A stretch of DNA of 64,000 bases, taken from Candidatus Aenigmatarchaeota archaeon. GTDB lineage: Archaea > Aenigmatarchaeota > Aenigmatarchaeia > QMZP01 > QMZT01. Shown piece after piece: positions 49,648 to 58,718 of the stretch (its first letter is position 1; the number at the start of each line of letters is the position of its first letter). The DNA lies in contig JBGPQP010000003.1 of assembly GCA_041489155.1 (NCBI GenBank), positions 32,001 to 96,000 of the forward strand. Reading direction: 5' to 3'. The translations under genes were made by a program, and so were the position numbers. A model generated the notes under the pieces. It did no database searches, was not told the origin of the DNA, and worked only from the letters and a program-made list of their open reading frames with translations.

Positions 49648-50015
49648 AATCTAACCTTGAAAAACAGCCAGTTTTTCGCCCCGGCTTTCTTGAATTTCAG
49701 CAGCACGTATTCGCCGCGCAGCTTCTTGCCGTTCATTCTGACGACGATTTTGTCATCAGTTTTTTCAACAAGGTCATACGTCCCCCTGTCCCAGATTTTC
49801 ACCTTGCCTGCGCCATAGCTGCCTTCTGGTATCGTGCCCTCGAACTTCGCATACGCCAGTTCATGGTCTTCGACCTGAATGGCCAGCCGCTTTACATTCG
49901 GCTCGAGAGGCGGCTCTTTCGGGACAGCGAAACTCTTCAGAGCGCCGTCCATCTCAAGGCGCAGGTCCCAGTGGAGATGCTTCGCATGATGCTCATGCAC
50001 GACAAATACGGGCAT
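49644..50015 (-). CDS. Stand-alone LigD 3'-phosphoesterase (PE) domain
   Basis: FVVHEHHAKHLHWDLRLEMDG, VPK, RLAIQVEDH, FEGTIPEGSYGAG and WDRG motifs. Confidence 0.93.
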   Translation of the reverse strand: MPVFVVHEHHAKHLHWDLRLEMDGALKSFAVPKEPPLEPNVKRLAIQVEDHELAYAKFEGTIPEGSYGAGKVKIWDRGTYDLVEKTDDKIVVRMNGKKLRGEYVLLKFKKAGAKNWLFFKVRL

Positions 50016-50058
50016 CTTTAAGTTTTATATAATGAATATAAAATAATCGGTATTATAT

Positions 50059-50130
50059 GGGCTCGTAGCTCAGGGGTAGAGCGCTCGGCTCGCATCCGAG
50101 AGGCCTCGGGTTCAAATCCCGACGAGTCCA
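50059..50130 (+). tRNA. tRNA-Ala(CGC)
   Basis: Cloverleaf: acceptor GGGCTCG/CGAGTCC with G3:U70, anticodon arm CTCGG-CTCGCAT-CCGAG, T arm TCGGG-TTCAAAT-CCCGA. Confidence 0.97.
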
Positions 50131-50178
50131 TATATTTTAAATAGACGATTCAAAGTTAATGGAAATCAAGTGGTTTTT

Positions 50179-50883
50179 ATGACCAAATTCCTTTACGTGA
50201 CCGATGTACATGGCACCGTAGAAATCTATGAAAGGATGTTCGAGCTGGGCAAAGCGAAGGACATCGATTTCCTGGTTTTCGGCGGGGACATAACCTCAGG
50301 CAACGACCCGAACGGCCAGAGATTCTTTCTCGGGTTTTACCTAGTGAAAAGGCTGAAGGAGTTCACGAAGCAGAGGAAGAAGCCGGTTTTCATAATGATG
50401 GGCAACGACGATTTTTCATCCAATGCCCGCATGCTCAAGAAGGCAGGCAGGCAAAAAATCGCGAACATACTGCACAACAGGTTTTTCAGGGATGATGGCA
50501 TCAATATCGCAGGCTACCCCTTCATAAACCCCACGCCCTTCCTTCTGAAAGACTGGGAAAAGAGCGAGAAGGAGATTGCGAGGGATCTTGAAAAATTGTC
50601 CGCAAAGCTCGAGCCCGAGAAAACGATTTACGTATTTCACGCGCCGCCTTACGGAACGAAGCTCGACATCCTTTGCAACGGCCAGCACAAAGGCAGCAAA
50701 GCGGTCCTGGGCTTCATAAAGAAGAACCAGCCCGTGCTGACGCTGCACGGCCACATACACGAAGCTCCCGAGGTTTCCGGGACGATGAAAGAGAAGATAG
50801 GCAGGACGCTCTGCATCAATCCAGGCAACGGGAAAATAATATCAGTCGACCTCGATGGCATGAAATTAAAAGAAATGCAGTGA
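50179..50883 (+). CDS. Icc-related metallophosphoesterase
   Basis: TDVHG, GGDI, MGNDD, HAPP, HGHIHE and NPG motifs. Confidence 0.9.
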   Translation: MTKFLYVTDVHGTVEIYERMFELGKAKDIDFLVFGGDITSGNDPNGQRFFLGFYLVKRLKEFTKQRKKPVFIMMGNDDFSSNARMLKKAGRQKIANILHNRFFRDDGINIAGYPFINPTPFLLKDWEKSEKEIARDLEKLSAKLEPEKTIYVFHAPPYGTKLDILCNGQHKGSKAVLGFIKKNQPVLTLHGHIHEAPEVSGTMKEKIGRTLCINPGNGKIISVDLDGMKLKEMQ

Positions 50884-50941
50884 AAGATAATTTTTTAAAG
50901 CGTTTTTCCAATTTTTAACGGGTTGATTTGTTGTGGTGAAG

Positions 50942-51064
50942 ATGTCTGAGTTGATTGAAAAAAGCATCTGCAGGAAATGCGGCATAGTTTTCAAACGCGC
51001 CAGCGAATGCCCGAGGTGCGGCAAGAGCGACGGGCTCGATGTTTACTTCGAGGCGAAGGAATAA
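50942..51064 (+). CDS. 40-aa zinc-ribbon microprotein (absent from ORF track)
   Basis: MSELIEKSICRKCGIVFKRASECPRCGKSDGLDVYFEAKE, with SD GGTGA upstream. Confidence 0.7.
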   Translation: MSELIEKSICRKCGIVFKRASECPRCGKSDGLDVYFEAKE

Positions 51065-51096
51065 GGTTTATTTCTGGGTAGCAATATAATATAATA

Positions 51097-51345
51097 ATGG
51101 TATTCCAGACGCTGAACAAATTGAAATGGACTGGCAAGCTTGACAGGGCCGTTATAGTTTTCATACACAGGGGAGCGGAAAACGACAGGAAAACTATTCA
51201 TGGGCATCAGCTCACAAGCATAAAAAAGTCGCATTTCTGTTACAAGGATAGGGGCCGCGAAACCCACATACCGAACCACAGGGTCCTGGAGATACGCCTG
51301 GATGGCGAGATACTATGGAAGAAAAGAACCATTCCAAAAGGATGA
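51097..51345 (+). CDS. DUF504 / MJ1316-like small protein (putative RNA end-recognition domain)
   Basis: LNKLKW, HRGA and IPNHRVLEI..DGEILWKK. Confidence 0.75.
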   Translation: MVFQTLNKLKWTGKLDRAVIVFIHRGAENDRKTIHGHQLTSIKKSHFCYKDRGRETHIPNHRVLEIRLDGEILWKKRTIPKG

Positions 51346-51812
51346 TAACCTGCTTCAAATTCCCGGAGGAGGGCAGGTCGCTCAGGAAATGGAAGAAGGT
51401 CCGCCACCCGCTGAGGGTCCTCTTCAACTACATGGTAATAACCGCGTGCAAATTCCTTCCCGACATCGAATTCAAGAACCGTCTTTACAGGAGGACGGGC
51501 ATGAAGATAGGTAAGAACGTAAAGATATACGGTTCCAATCTCGACGTATTTTTCCCCGAATTGATAGAAATAGGCGACAACTGCACCATAGGCTCTTTCA
51601 CATCCATCCTGACCCACGAATTCGTCAACGGCCATTACACGAAAGGGAGAGTGAAGATAGGCAGCGATGTTCTCGTGGGGACGATGACTCTTGTACTCCC
51701 GGGCGTTGAGATAGGAAATCGCGCGAAGATTGCCGCATACTCGCTGGTGAACAAAAGCGTGCTGCCCGACGCCTTCGTAGGCGGAGTGCCCATAAGAGAG
51801 ATAGCTACATGA
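51342..51812 (+). CDS. Hexapeptide-repeat acyltransferase
   Basis: GMKIGKNV, FFPELIEIGDN, ILTHE, LPGVEIG and GGVP; ATGA overlap with the upstream gene. Confidence 0.85.
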   Translation: MITCFKFPEEGRSLRKWKKVRHPLRVLFNYMVITACKFLPDIEFKNRLYRRTGMKIGKNVKIYGSNLDVFFPELIEIGDNCTIGSFTSILTHEFVNGHYTKGRVKIGSDVLVGTMTLVLPGVEIGNRAKIAAYSLVNKSVLPDAFVGGVPIREIAT

Positions 51813-52423
51813 GATTCGGGAAATTCTCGGAGCTCTCCGGAAGAATTCTGGGCAACAAAAAAATTCTGCTTTTTCTTGCAATAGCCAATATCGCCGGCTT
51901 TTTTGCAGGCATCTATTTTTACCGGGAGCAGTTGGCGGGCTCGAACCCGCTGCTCTGGATAGTCATAATGGACTCGCCGATCTCCGTCCTCCTTTTTGCC
52001 GTTGTCTGCATGCTCCTTTATTTCAACAAAAAAATACCCGAAGCGCTCAAGCTTTTCGCTTCCGTATACGTGATAAAATACGGCATCTGGACGATGCTTA
52101 CGCTCTGGCTCTACCGGAGCAATTACGTCATCCCGGTAGACCAGATTATAGGCGTTGCGGATTTCATTCTTCACTTCGGCATGGTGCTGGAAGGCATTGT
52201 GCTGATCCCCAAAATCAGGCCGAGAATCCGCGATACTCTGGTCGCGCTCTTGCTTTGCCTCACAAATGATTTCTTCGATTACTTCCTAGGGACAGTCACG
52301 AGAATACCGACGACGTACATAGACTTTCTTATGCTGGAAAGCTTCGCGGTGAGCATCATTTTAACGCTTTCTATTTTTATCTGTCAAAGAACGGCAGGCT
52401 CGAAGGCAAGCTCGAAATTGTAG
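51809..52423 (+). CDS. DUF1405-like membrane protein
   Basis: NIAG..G..FY..QL, DSP, KYGIWT, HFGM..E and NDFFDY. Confidence 0.75.
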   Translation: MRFGKFSELSGRILGNKKILLFLAIANIAGFFAGIYFYREQLAGSNPLLWIVIMDSPISVLLFAVVCMLLYFNKKIPEALKLFASVYVIKYGIWTMLTLWLYRSNYVIPVDQIIGVADFILHFGMVLEGIVLIPKIRPRIRDTLVALLLCLTNDFFDYFLGTVTRIPTTYIDFLMLESFAVSIILTLSIFICQRTAGSKASSKL

Positions 52424-53235
52424 AGCCGCTGGAGCCTGGGACTGAATTTTAGCAGATCCCTGCTTCCGTCTAGGATGCTTTCCAGAACTTTCCCGCTTAT
52501 CGGGATGTAAGAAGTGTGGCTTCCTGACACTAGCCTTCTTGTCTTTATCTGCCTCTCGTTCAAGCCTATTTCAGGAGTTGAAAAATTTACAAGCTGGAGA
52601 TTTTTTGCCGCAAAATCCCTTGCCTCTTCCGGAGTAGGCCGTGACAGAAAATTCAGCACCCAATATTGTTTTGGTATTTCGCTATCAGGATTCGCTTTTG
52701 CTGAGAAAAGAACGGCTGTTGCGTCACGCTCAAGCTTCTTCACTTTTGCCACGTCTTCATCCTCCAGGACCTCGTCGCATGTAGCTAACCTAAACAAGTC
52801 TGTCCTGTAATCCGGCATTTCAAGAGTTTTCGCCTTCGCCTTACGCCCGCATGACCTCGGTAGACCCATGCACTTCAGAAGCCTCGCCATGTATGCCCCG
52901 CCTTCTTCTGCCATGGACAGCACCGACCCGTGATTTCCCTTTGTCGGCTTTATCTTTGTTTTCAGACTCAGTTTTTCCATTATGTTCTTTTCTATGCGCT
53001 CAAGCGTTTCTTCATTGCCCGATATGTTAACGTCCTTTCTCGCGACGCAGCCGGAGTAGAATGCGAAATTGGCCAGGACGTTAAGGAAACTGAAATTCCC
53101 GTCAACATAGAGAGGGAGCAGTCCCCTTTCTTTGAGAAATTTGTAGCATGCAGTGGCATATTTACAATTGGGCCTGTCGTAAGTGCCTTCTATGACATCA
53201 AAGGGTGAAACAAGCGAATAATTTCTCAATTTCAT
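52384..53235 (-). CDS. Hypothetical protein, possibly a degenerate LAGLIDADG fold
   Basis: LANFAFYSGCV and ARLLKCMGLP...GRKAK...LEMPDY resemble an archaeal LAGLIDADG linker; the catalytic acidic residue is missing. Confidence 0.5.
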   Translation of the reverse strand: MKLRNYSLVSPFDVIEGTYDRPNCKYATACYKFLKERGLLPLYVDGNFSFLNVLANFAFYSGCVARKDVNISGNEETLERIEKNIMEKLSLKTKIKPTKGNHGSVLSMAEEGGAYMARLLKCMGLPRSCGRKAKAKTLEMPDYRTDLFRLATCDEVLEDEDVAKVKKLERDATAVLFSAKANPDSEIPKQYWVLNFLSRPTPEEARDFAAKNLQLVNFSTPEIGLNERQIKTRRLVSGSHTSYIPISGKVLESILDGSRDLLKFSPRLQRLYNFELAFEPAVL

Positions 53236-53268
53236 TAAAAGACGTTTCGTGCAAGTTTTAAATTCCCA

Positions 53269-54303
53269 TCATTTTCCAGAGCAGGAAACCCTGAAGTTCT
53301 CGCCGTGCTCTCTGACAGCGAATTTCGAGCCCAGGAATTTCTCGCACAGCCAGATGTTGGTCTTGACGTGCTCCGTGAGGTCGGGTATGAGGATTTCGGA
53401 TTTGCCGTGGGCGAGCGCCATGAAAGGAATCAGCTGGTCGGCGAGATGAAACCCGACCGTCGAGCCGTAGTCCATTTCTTCCTTAAGCTTGAACGCAGCC
53501 TCCTCGCCGACGACCTCCGCCGGCTTCCTCTCCTCGCCGACATGATCGCCCGAAAGGATGCAGCCCGTCGAGGTTTTCGCCCAGACGACGAAGACGGAGC
53601 CAGGAGATTTCGCTTCAACATAAAGCGGCTTTATCTCGACTCCCTTCTCCTTCCTTATTATCCTGTGGTAGCCTGCTATCTGGCGTTCTGCAACGTTCCT
53701 GTTTTTCAGCGACGAGCTGGCGATGGAAAGGCCGTCTATAGTCTCCACTTTGCCAGGCTCGGTCATTACCAGCGGCAGGATTTTCTTCGCCGGGCTGATC
53801 TCGAACTGCACGTCGCTGCCGCCTTCTGGATAGAAGCCGTGCCTTTTGACTGTGAACTTCGCCTCGATGCCCATCCTTTCAAGGATTGGAAAAAGCACGT
53901 TCTCAAGATAATAGATGGGTGGCGCCCAGAGACTCGCTGTCGAGCCGCCTTTTATGCTGAGGACGGTTTTGCCGCTGGCCAGAAGCGCGGGGATCATTAC
54001 AGCATAACCCAGGAGGCCGATGGAGCCGGCGGTCTCGATGTTGACATCGAAGCTGCCGTGCTTTATTTTTCCCGGCCTGAATTCGATTTCCTTCGAGCCG
54101 ACTTCGTCGCCTTTCAGGCTCGCCGAGCATATCTTTGCGATCGTCCTCACGGCCTCGAGATGCTGGTGGTGCAGGCCGGGGCTCGGCCGTTTCGCGCGGA
54201 TGTCTGTTATCTTTATCGGTTTTCCGGTGAGCGCTGAGAAAGCGACCGCAAGCCGAACTATCGTTCCAGAACCGCTGCCGTACTCGCCGGGGATTTCAAG
54301 CAT
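53269..54303 (-). CDS. rtcA: RNA 3'-terminal phosphate cyclase
   Basis: IRAKRPSPGLHHQH, TAGSI, GFYPEGG and HLADQLIPFMALA motifs. Confidence 0.92.
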   Translation of the reverse strand: MLEIPGEYGSGSGTIVRLAVAFSALTGKPIKITDIRAKRPSPGLHHQHLEAVRTIAKICSASLKGDEVGSKEIEFRPGKIKHGSFDVNIETAGSIGLLGYAVMIPALLASGKTVLSIKGGSTASLWAPPIYYLENVLFPILERMGIEAKFTVKRHGFYPEGGSDVQFEISPAKKILPLVMTEPGKVETIDGLSIASSSLKNRNVAERQIAGYHRIIRKEKGVEIKPLYVEAKSPGSVFVVWAKTSTGCILSGDHVGEERKPAEVVGEEAAFKLKEEMDYGSTVGFHLADQLIPFMALAHGKSEILIPDLTEHVKTNIWLCEKFLGSKFAVREHGENFRVSCSGK

Positions 54304-54351
54304 GATTATAATTTGTCTTGGGAATTAAAAATAGGTTTCATTTTCGGCGTC

Positions 54352-55602
54352 TCATGCAACCTTGAAGGTTTCGCCGTTTTTCGGCGCTTCCGCGTCGAAG
54401 CCCTTCGCCTTCAGCTCCTCGGCGAATTCCGCTGTCTTCTCTCCGTGAACCAGAAGGATTTTCCTCGGGTTGACTTTTTTGTAGAATTCAATCAGATGGT
54501 CGTGGTCGGTGTGCGCGGAGAAATCAAGGAACTCGATGCGCATCCTTGGCCTGACTTCCAGGTCGCCAGCGACGAACTTGCCCGTGTCGAGAAGCTTTCT
54601 GCCGCCGGTTCCCGGTACTTGGTATCCCGTGAGAATAAGGGTGCAGTCCTCCCTGTCGTACAGGTTGGACAGGTAGCTGACGACAGGCCCGCCGTTGAGC
54701 ATCCCTGCCGTGGTGAGAATGGCGCACGGGTTCTGTATTATCCTCTCCCTTTCGCTCGCCCTCGTGACCTTCCTTGCCATGGAAAACGCCTTCTGAAGTT
54801 TCTTGTAATCTCTTATGCTTTTCGGGTGGCGGAGAATCGCCTCCGTCGCTCTTGCGCCCATGCCGTCTATGTAAAGGGGAACGCCCAGGTCATGCAGGAT
54901 CATCAGCAGCTCCTGCGTCCTTCCCACGGCGAAAGCGGGAATGATACAAACGCCTCCCGCGTAAACAGTTTCCTGCACCTTTTTTCTGAGCGCGTCTTCA
55001 ATCGATTTCCTGTCCGGGTGGTTCATGTACGAGTACGTGGATTCGGATATGAGGACGTCAATGTCCTTGAAGTCCGTGTACGCGCCGTTCATAAGATGCG
55101 TGCCGAGGAATTTGATGTCGCCCGTGAAAAGCACGCGCTTGCCGCGGCTTTCGAGAAGCGTAGTCGCGCTTCCGGGAATGTGGCCCGCGCTCTGGAAGCT
55201 TACCGAAGAGAGGGTGAAATCGTCTTTTTCGCCCGGCTTGAGGAAAACCGCGTTCTTTTCGAGCTGGCGGATGTCGTCCATCGTGAAATCCAGGTTGTCG
55301 CATTCCCTCTTCTGCAGCTTCAGCGAGTCGCGGAGGAGGATGGAGAGCAGGTCGAAGGTCGCCGGGTCAGCGGTTATCGCGCCCCCATATCCGAGATTGT
55401 AAAGCTGCGGAAGGAGACCTGAATGGTCGAGATGCGCATGCGATACAAATACGCGGTCGAAATTTATTTCCGGCTGTATGGGTTTTCCCCAGGATTCCAC
55501 GTTGATGCCGTATTCCCAGAGGAATTTCTCGGCGCCCGTGTCTACCAGAATGCCCATCCTGCCTACTTCCCTGCAGCCGCCCAGAAAGCGCAGTTCGATC
55601 AT
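54352..55602 (-). CDS. MBL / beta-CASP ribonuclease
   Basis: LGGCREVGR, SHAHLDHSG, AGHIPG, FTGD, ESTY, FAVGRTQE, FSAH and VHGE motifs. Confidence 0.93.
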   Translation of the reverse strand: MIELRFLGGCREVGRMGILVDTGAEKFLWEYGINVESWGKPIQPEINFDRVFVSHAHLDHSGLLPQLYNLGYGGAITADPATFDLLSILLRDSLKLQKRECDNLDFTMDDIRQLEKNAVFLKPGEKDDFTLSSVSFQSAGHIPGSATTLLESRGKRVLFTGDIKFLGTHLMNGAYTDFKDIDVLISESTYSYMNHPDRKSIEDALRKKVQETVYAGGVCIIPAFAVGRTQELLMILHDLGVPLYIDGMGARATEAILRHPKSIRDYKKLQKAFSMARKVTRASERERIIQNPCAILTTAGMLNGGPVVSYLSNLYDREDCTLILTGYQVPGTGGRKLLDTGKFVAGDLEVRPRMRIEFLDFSAHTDHDHLIEFYKKVNPRKILLVHGEKTAEFAEELKAKGFDAEAPKNGETFKVA

Positions 55603-55732
55603 ACAATTACCAGTCAGTTAAGTAGTTTAATGGTCAAGCATTTTAATAAATGTCTTTGCATGCTATTATTTTTTATCAGCTTTCTTTGTGGCTGAAAACA
55701 CGGCTATAAAACGCTTTCGATAAACCCCCTCG

Positions 55733-56269
55733 TCATCGCCTTGACGGAATTCCCGCGCCAACCCTTTTGGTCAGCAGATAGCCTACGTCAAAACTCAGCA
55801 TGCCAAGGAATATTATCCATTCTCCGGTTAACAGGGAAACCATAAACGCGGTAAGCTCGAATACCAGCCTGTATTCGAAAACTTTTTTGAGGAGGCCTTT
55901 CATTTTTCCCTGGTCGGCCCTGTCGTTCCCTATTTCATCTACAAGGCCCGCGGCAAGGAAAACAGAAATCATGACGATGTCTATCTTGGGGAAGCCCCAT
56001 ATGCCCAGAAAAAGGAACATGGCCGCAATGCCTATGTTATGCGGTCGCTGGTCTATTTTCTTTGTCAGCAGGACCGCGAGAACAGCTGCAAGGCCAAGCG
56101 GAGCGAGAAGGGGATGAGTCGCAATTATGTACGCTATCATAACGCCGTACACTATGCCGGTCAGGTATGAGAAGGCTCTCCTTATTTCCAAGCCTTCATC
56201 CGCTATAAGATCGGCGAACTTTGTGAGAACACCTGCTATGAAAACCGGTATAAGTATTAAAAAATCCAT
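55733..56269 (-). CDS. Hypothetical membrane protein
   Basis: Multiple TM segments with intramembrane acidic motifs (KFADLIAD, KKID, VDEIGND). Confidence 0.7.
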   Translation of the reverse strand: MDFLILIPVFIAGVLTKFADLIADEGLEIRRAFSYLTGIVYGVMIAYIIATHPLLAPLGLAAVLAVLLTKKIDQRPHNIGIAAMFLFLGIWGFPKIDIVMISVFLAAGLVDEIGNDRADQGKMKGLLKKVFEYRLVFELTAFMVSLLTGEWIIFLGMLSFDVGYLLTKRVGAGIPSRR

Positions 56270-56278
56270 AGCAAAACC

Positions 56279-57181
56279 TCACAGAAACTCCGAAATCAAA
56301 AGCGGAAAAACGATGCTTGCGTCGCCGTCGATGGTGACATGATTCGCGCGCTTTTTTATCTTGCCCCACGAAATCGCCTCGTTCGTTCGAGCGCCAGACA
56401 GCGAGCCGTCCCATGGCTGCGACGTCGTAACGTAAACCGCATAATCCAGCCCGCCCCTGATGAGGTTGACGCCGAGCACGTGATGCTTCGATATGCCTCC
56501 GCCGAGTATTATGCCTCCGGTCTTCTTCGCGGTAAGGACAATGTTGGCCAGGCTTTTCATGTCACCCGTCACGTCGATGACGAAATCCTTGTGGTCCTGC
56601 TTGAAAAAATACGACTGGAGCCCTATAGCAGAATCGGTTATCCCGGGAGAGAAAACAGGGATTCCATTTTTAGTCGCCCAGTAGAGGAACGAGTTCTTGT
56701 CTCTCGTCATCCGTCCGAGTTCCATCGCTATTTCGCTCGGGCAGGTCGCCTTGTTTTTCCTGTACAGCCTCGTGAAAAGCGGCTGGATTTTCTTTTCGAG
56801 GAAAACGTAGCGCTCTGTCGGGACGATTATGTTGCCTATCCTGTTCATCCCCTTCCTGTGCAGCTCTTTGTCGTCAAGATTGAAATCGCCGAGCAGGTAA
56901 GGCCGGAACGAGCGGATGAAATCATGCTCTATCGCGCCGCCCGTCGTGATTATCGCGTCCACCAAGCGACGCTCGCACATCCTCGCGAAGAGCGAGCGCA
57001 TGCCGGAAGCAACCATGTTGGCGGTGAACGCAAGAAAGACGGTTGCTTTATCCTTGCGCATGCGCCTCATGATTTCCACGCCCTGTGCGAGGTTGGTCGC
57101 CTGAAAGCCTGCCAAGCGCATCTGCGCTATTAGCTTGTTCAGGCTCACACCTTCAAGATCGTAGTCCCTTATCTTGTCCAT
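56279..57181 (-). CDS. dys: Deoxyhypusine synthase
   Basis: GFQA, FTANMVASG, NRIGN, PGITDS, GGGISKH and DGSLSGARTNEAISWGK motifs. Confidence 0.96.
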   Translation of the reverse strand: MDKIRDYDLEGVSLNKLIAQMRLAGFQATNLAQGVEIMRRMRKDKATVFLAFTANMVASGMRSLFARMCERRLVDAIITTGGAIEHDFIRSFRPYLLGDFNLDDKELHRKGMNRIGNIIVPTERYVFLEKKIQPLFTRLYRKNKATCPSEIAMELGRMTRDKNSFLYWATKNGIPVFSPGITDSAIGLQSYFFKQDHKDFVIDVTGDMKSLANIVLTAKKTGGIILGGGISKHHVLGVNLIRGGLDYAVYVTTSQPWDGSLSGARTNEAISWGKIKKRANHVTIDGDASIVFPLLISEFL

Positions 57182-57214
57182 GCTTCTCAATTGGAGCAAC
57201 GTCTTAATAAAATC

Positions 57215-57562
57215 CTATTCAGGGCCTGCGAATTTCCAGAACTTCCACGTCGGCTTGCCGAAGAACGAGAGGAACAAGACCATCACCATCAGGAAGAGCA
57301 CGATGATGAATATCGTCATCGCAATGTAGGTCATCGCGAGCGCCGCGCCTTCGCCGAGGGAAAATACGAAAATGAGCGAGGCAAGCAGAATCGCTACGAT
57401 GAAGAAGGCGATCCTCTCGCGCCTCCTAGGCTCGCGTTTTGCCTTCCTTCTGAAAAAAATGACCAGGAAATAATACACGACGATAAAAATCAGCAGCGCA
57501 GCCAGCAGGCTGAAGAAGCCGACAGACCAGAGGAATCCGATGCCCGCCTCCCATGGACCCAT
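57215..57562 (-). CDS. Small membrane protein
   Basis: Three hydrophobic helices from MGPWEAG with a basic loop. Confidence 0.6.
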   Translation of the reverse strand: MGPWEAGIGFLWSVGFFSLLAALLIFIVVYYFLVIFFRRKAKREPRRRERIAFFIVAILLASLIFVFSLGEGAALAMTYIAMTIFIIVLFLMVMVLFLSFFGKPTWKFWKFAGPE

Positions 57563-57625
57563 AATTAATATTTGCGTGGGAATTTTAATAAGACTTCCAG
57601 AACAACAATATAGTATAGTGATGTA

Positions 57626-58702
57626 ATGGATTTGCAGGAAAGACTCAGGTTGATTTCTCAGGTTGGCGAGGAAATCGTCACGCATGATGAGCTCAAAGAA
57701 CTTTTAAAAGAAAAGCCGCATCCGATCGCCTACGATGGCTTCGAGCCGAGCGGACGAGTTCATATAGCACAGGGCATACTGCGCGCCATCAATGTGAACA
57801 AGATGACCCTCGCTGGCTGCCGCTTCAAGATGCTCGTCGCGGACTGGCACGGCTGGGCCAACAACAAGATGGGCGGCGATCTCGAGAAAATCCAGACGGT
57901 CGGCAAGTACCTGATAGAGGTATGGAAGTCCTGCGGCATGGACCTGGACAACGTCGAGTTCGTATGGGCATCAGAGCTCGTAAAAGACGACGATTACTGG
58001 AAGAAGGTAATGCAGGTCGCGAGAAACACGACCGTCAGCCGCATCGTCCGCTGCGGCCAGATAATGGGCAGGGAAGATGCGGAAGTCCAGCAGGCTTCGC
58101 AGATACTTTATCCGTGCATGCAGGCCGCGGACATATTCCAGCTGAAGGCGGACATCTGCCAGCTCGGCATGGACCAGCGCAAGGTCAACATCCTCGCTCG
58201 AGAGATTGGCCAGAAGCTAGGCTACTGGAAACCAGTGATAGTATCGCATCATATGCTGATGGGTCTCGGCGAGCCAGCCAGCAAGGAAAAGGATGCTGCC
58301 GAGCGGGCGATAGATCTGAAAATGTCAAAGAGCAAGCCGGAAACTGCGATATTCATGACGGACACGCAGGAGGATGTTGAAAGGAAAATAGGCAAGGCCT
58401 ACTGCCCGCAGAAAGAGGCAAGAGACAACCCGGTGCTCGAATACTGTAAGTACATCGTTTTCGAGAAGTTCAGGACGTTGGACATCAAGAGGGCTGAGAA
58501 ATTCGGAGGCGACATCACATTCGCCAGCTACGCTGAGCTAGAGAAGGCTTACGTTACCGGCGTGCTCCACCCGATGGACCTGAAGGCGGCCGTCGCTTCC
58601 AAAATAAACGAGCTGCTAGACCCGGTCAGGCAGCATTTCGAGAAAAACGCGAAGGCGAAGGAGCTTCTCGAGAAAGTGAACAAGCTGGAAGTGACCAGAT
58701 AA
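57626..58702 (+). CDS. tyrS: Tyrosyl-tRNA synthetase (HIAQ type)
   Basis: YDGFEPSGRVHIAQ, ADWH, YPCMQAAD, LGMDQRK and KMSKS motifs. Confidence 0.97.
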   Translation: MDLQERLRLISQVGEEIVTHDELKELLKEKPHPIAYDGFEPSGRVHIAQGILRAINVNKMTLAGCRFKMLVADWHGWANNKMGGDLEKIQTVGKYLIEVWKSCGMDLDNVEFVWASELVKDDDYWKKVMQVARNTTVSRIVRCGQIMGREDAEVQQASQILYPCMQAADIFQLKADICQLGMDQRKVNILAREIGQKLGYWKPVIVSHHMLMGLGEPASKEKDAAERAIDLKMSKSKPETAIFMTDTQEDVERKIGKAYCPQKEARDNPVLEYCKYIVFEKFRTLDIKRAEKFGGDITFASYAELEKAYVTGVLHPMDLKAAVASKINELLDPVRQHFEKNAKAKELLEKVNKLEVTR

Positions 58703-58718
58703 AAAACGGGATGCGCGG

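Noticed and set aside
50059..50130. tRNA-Ala (or tRNA-Leu) as the attachment site of an integrated element
   Set aside because: No integrase and no duplicated tRNA 3' end were noticed in the window.
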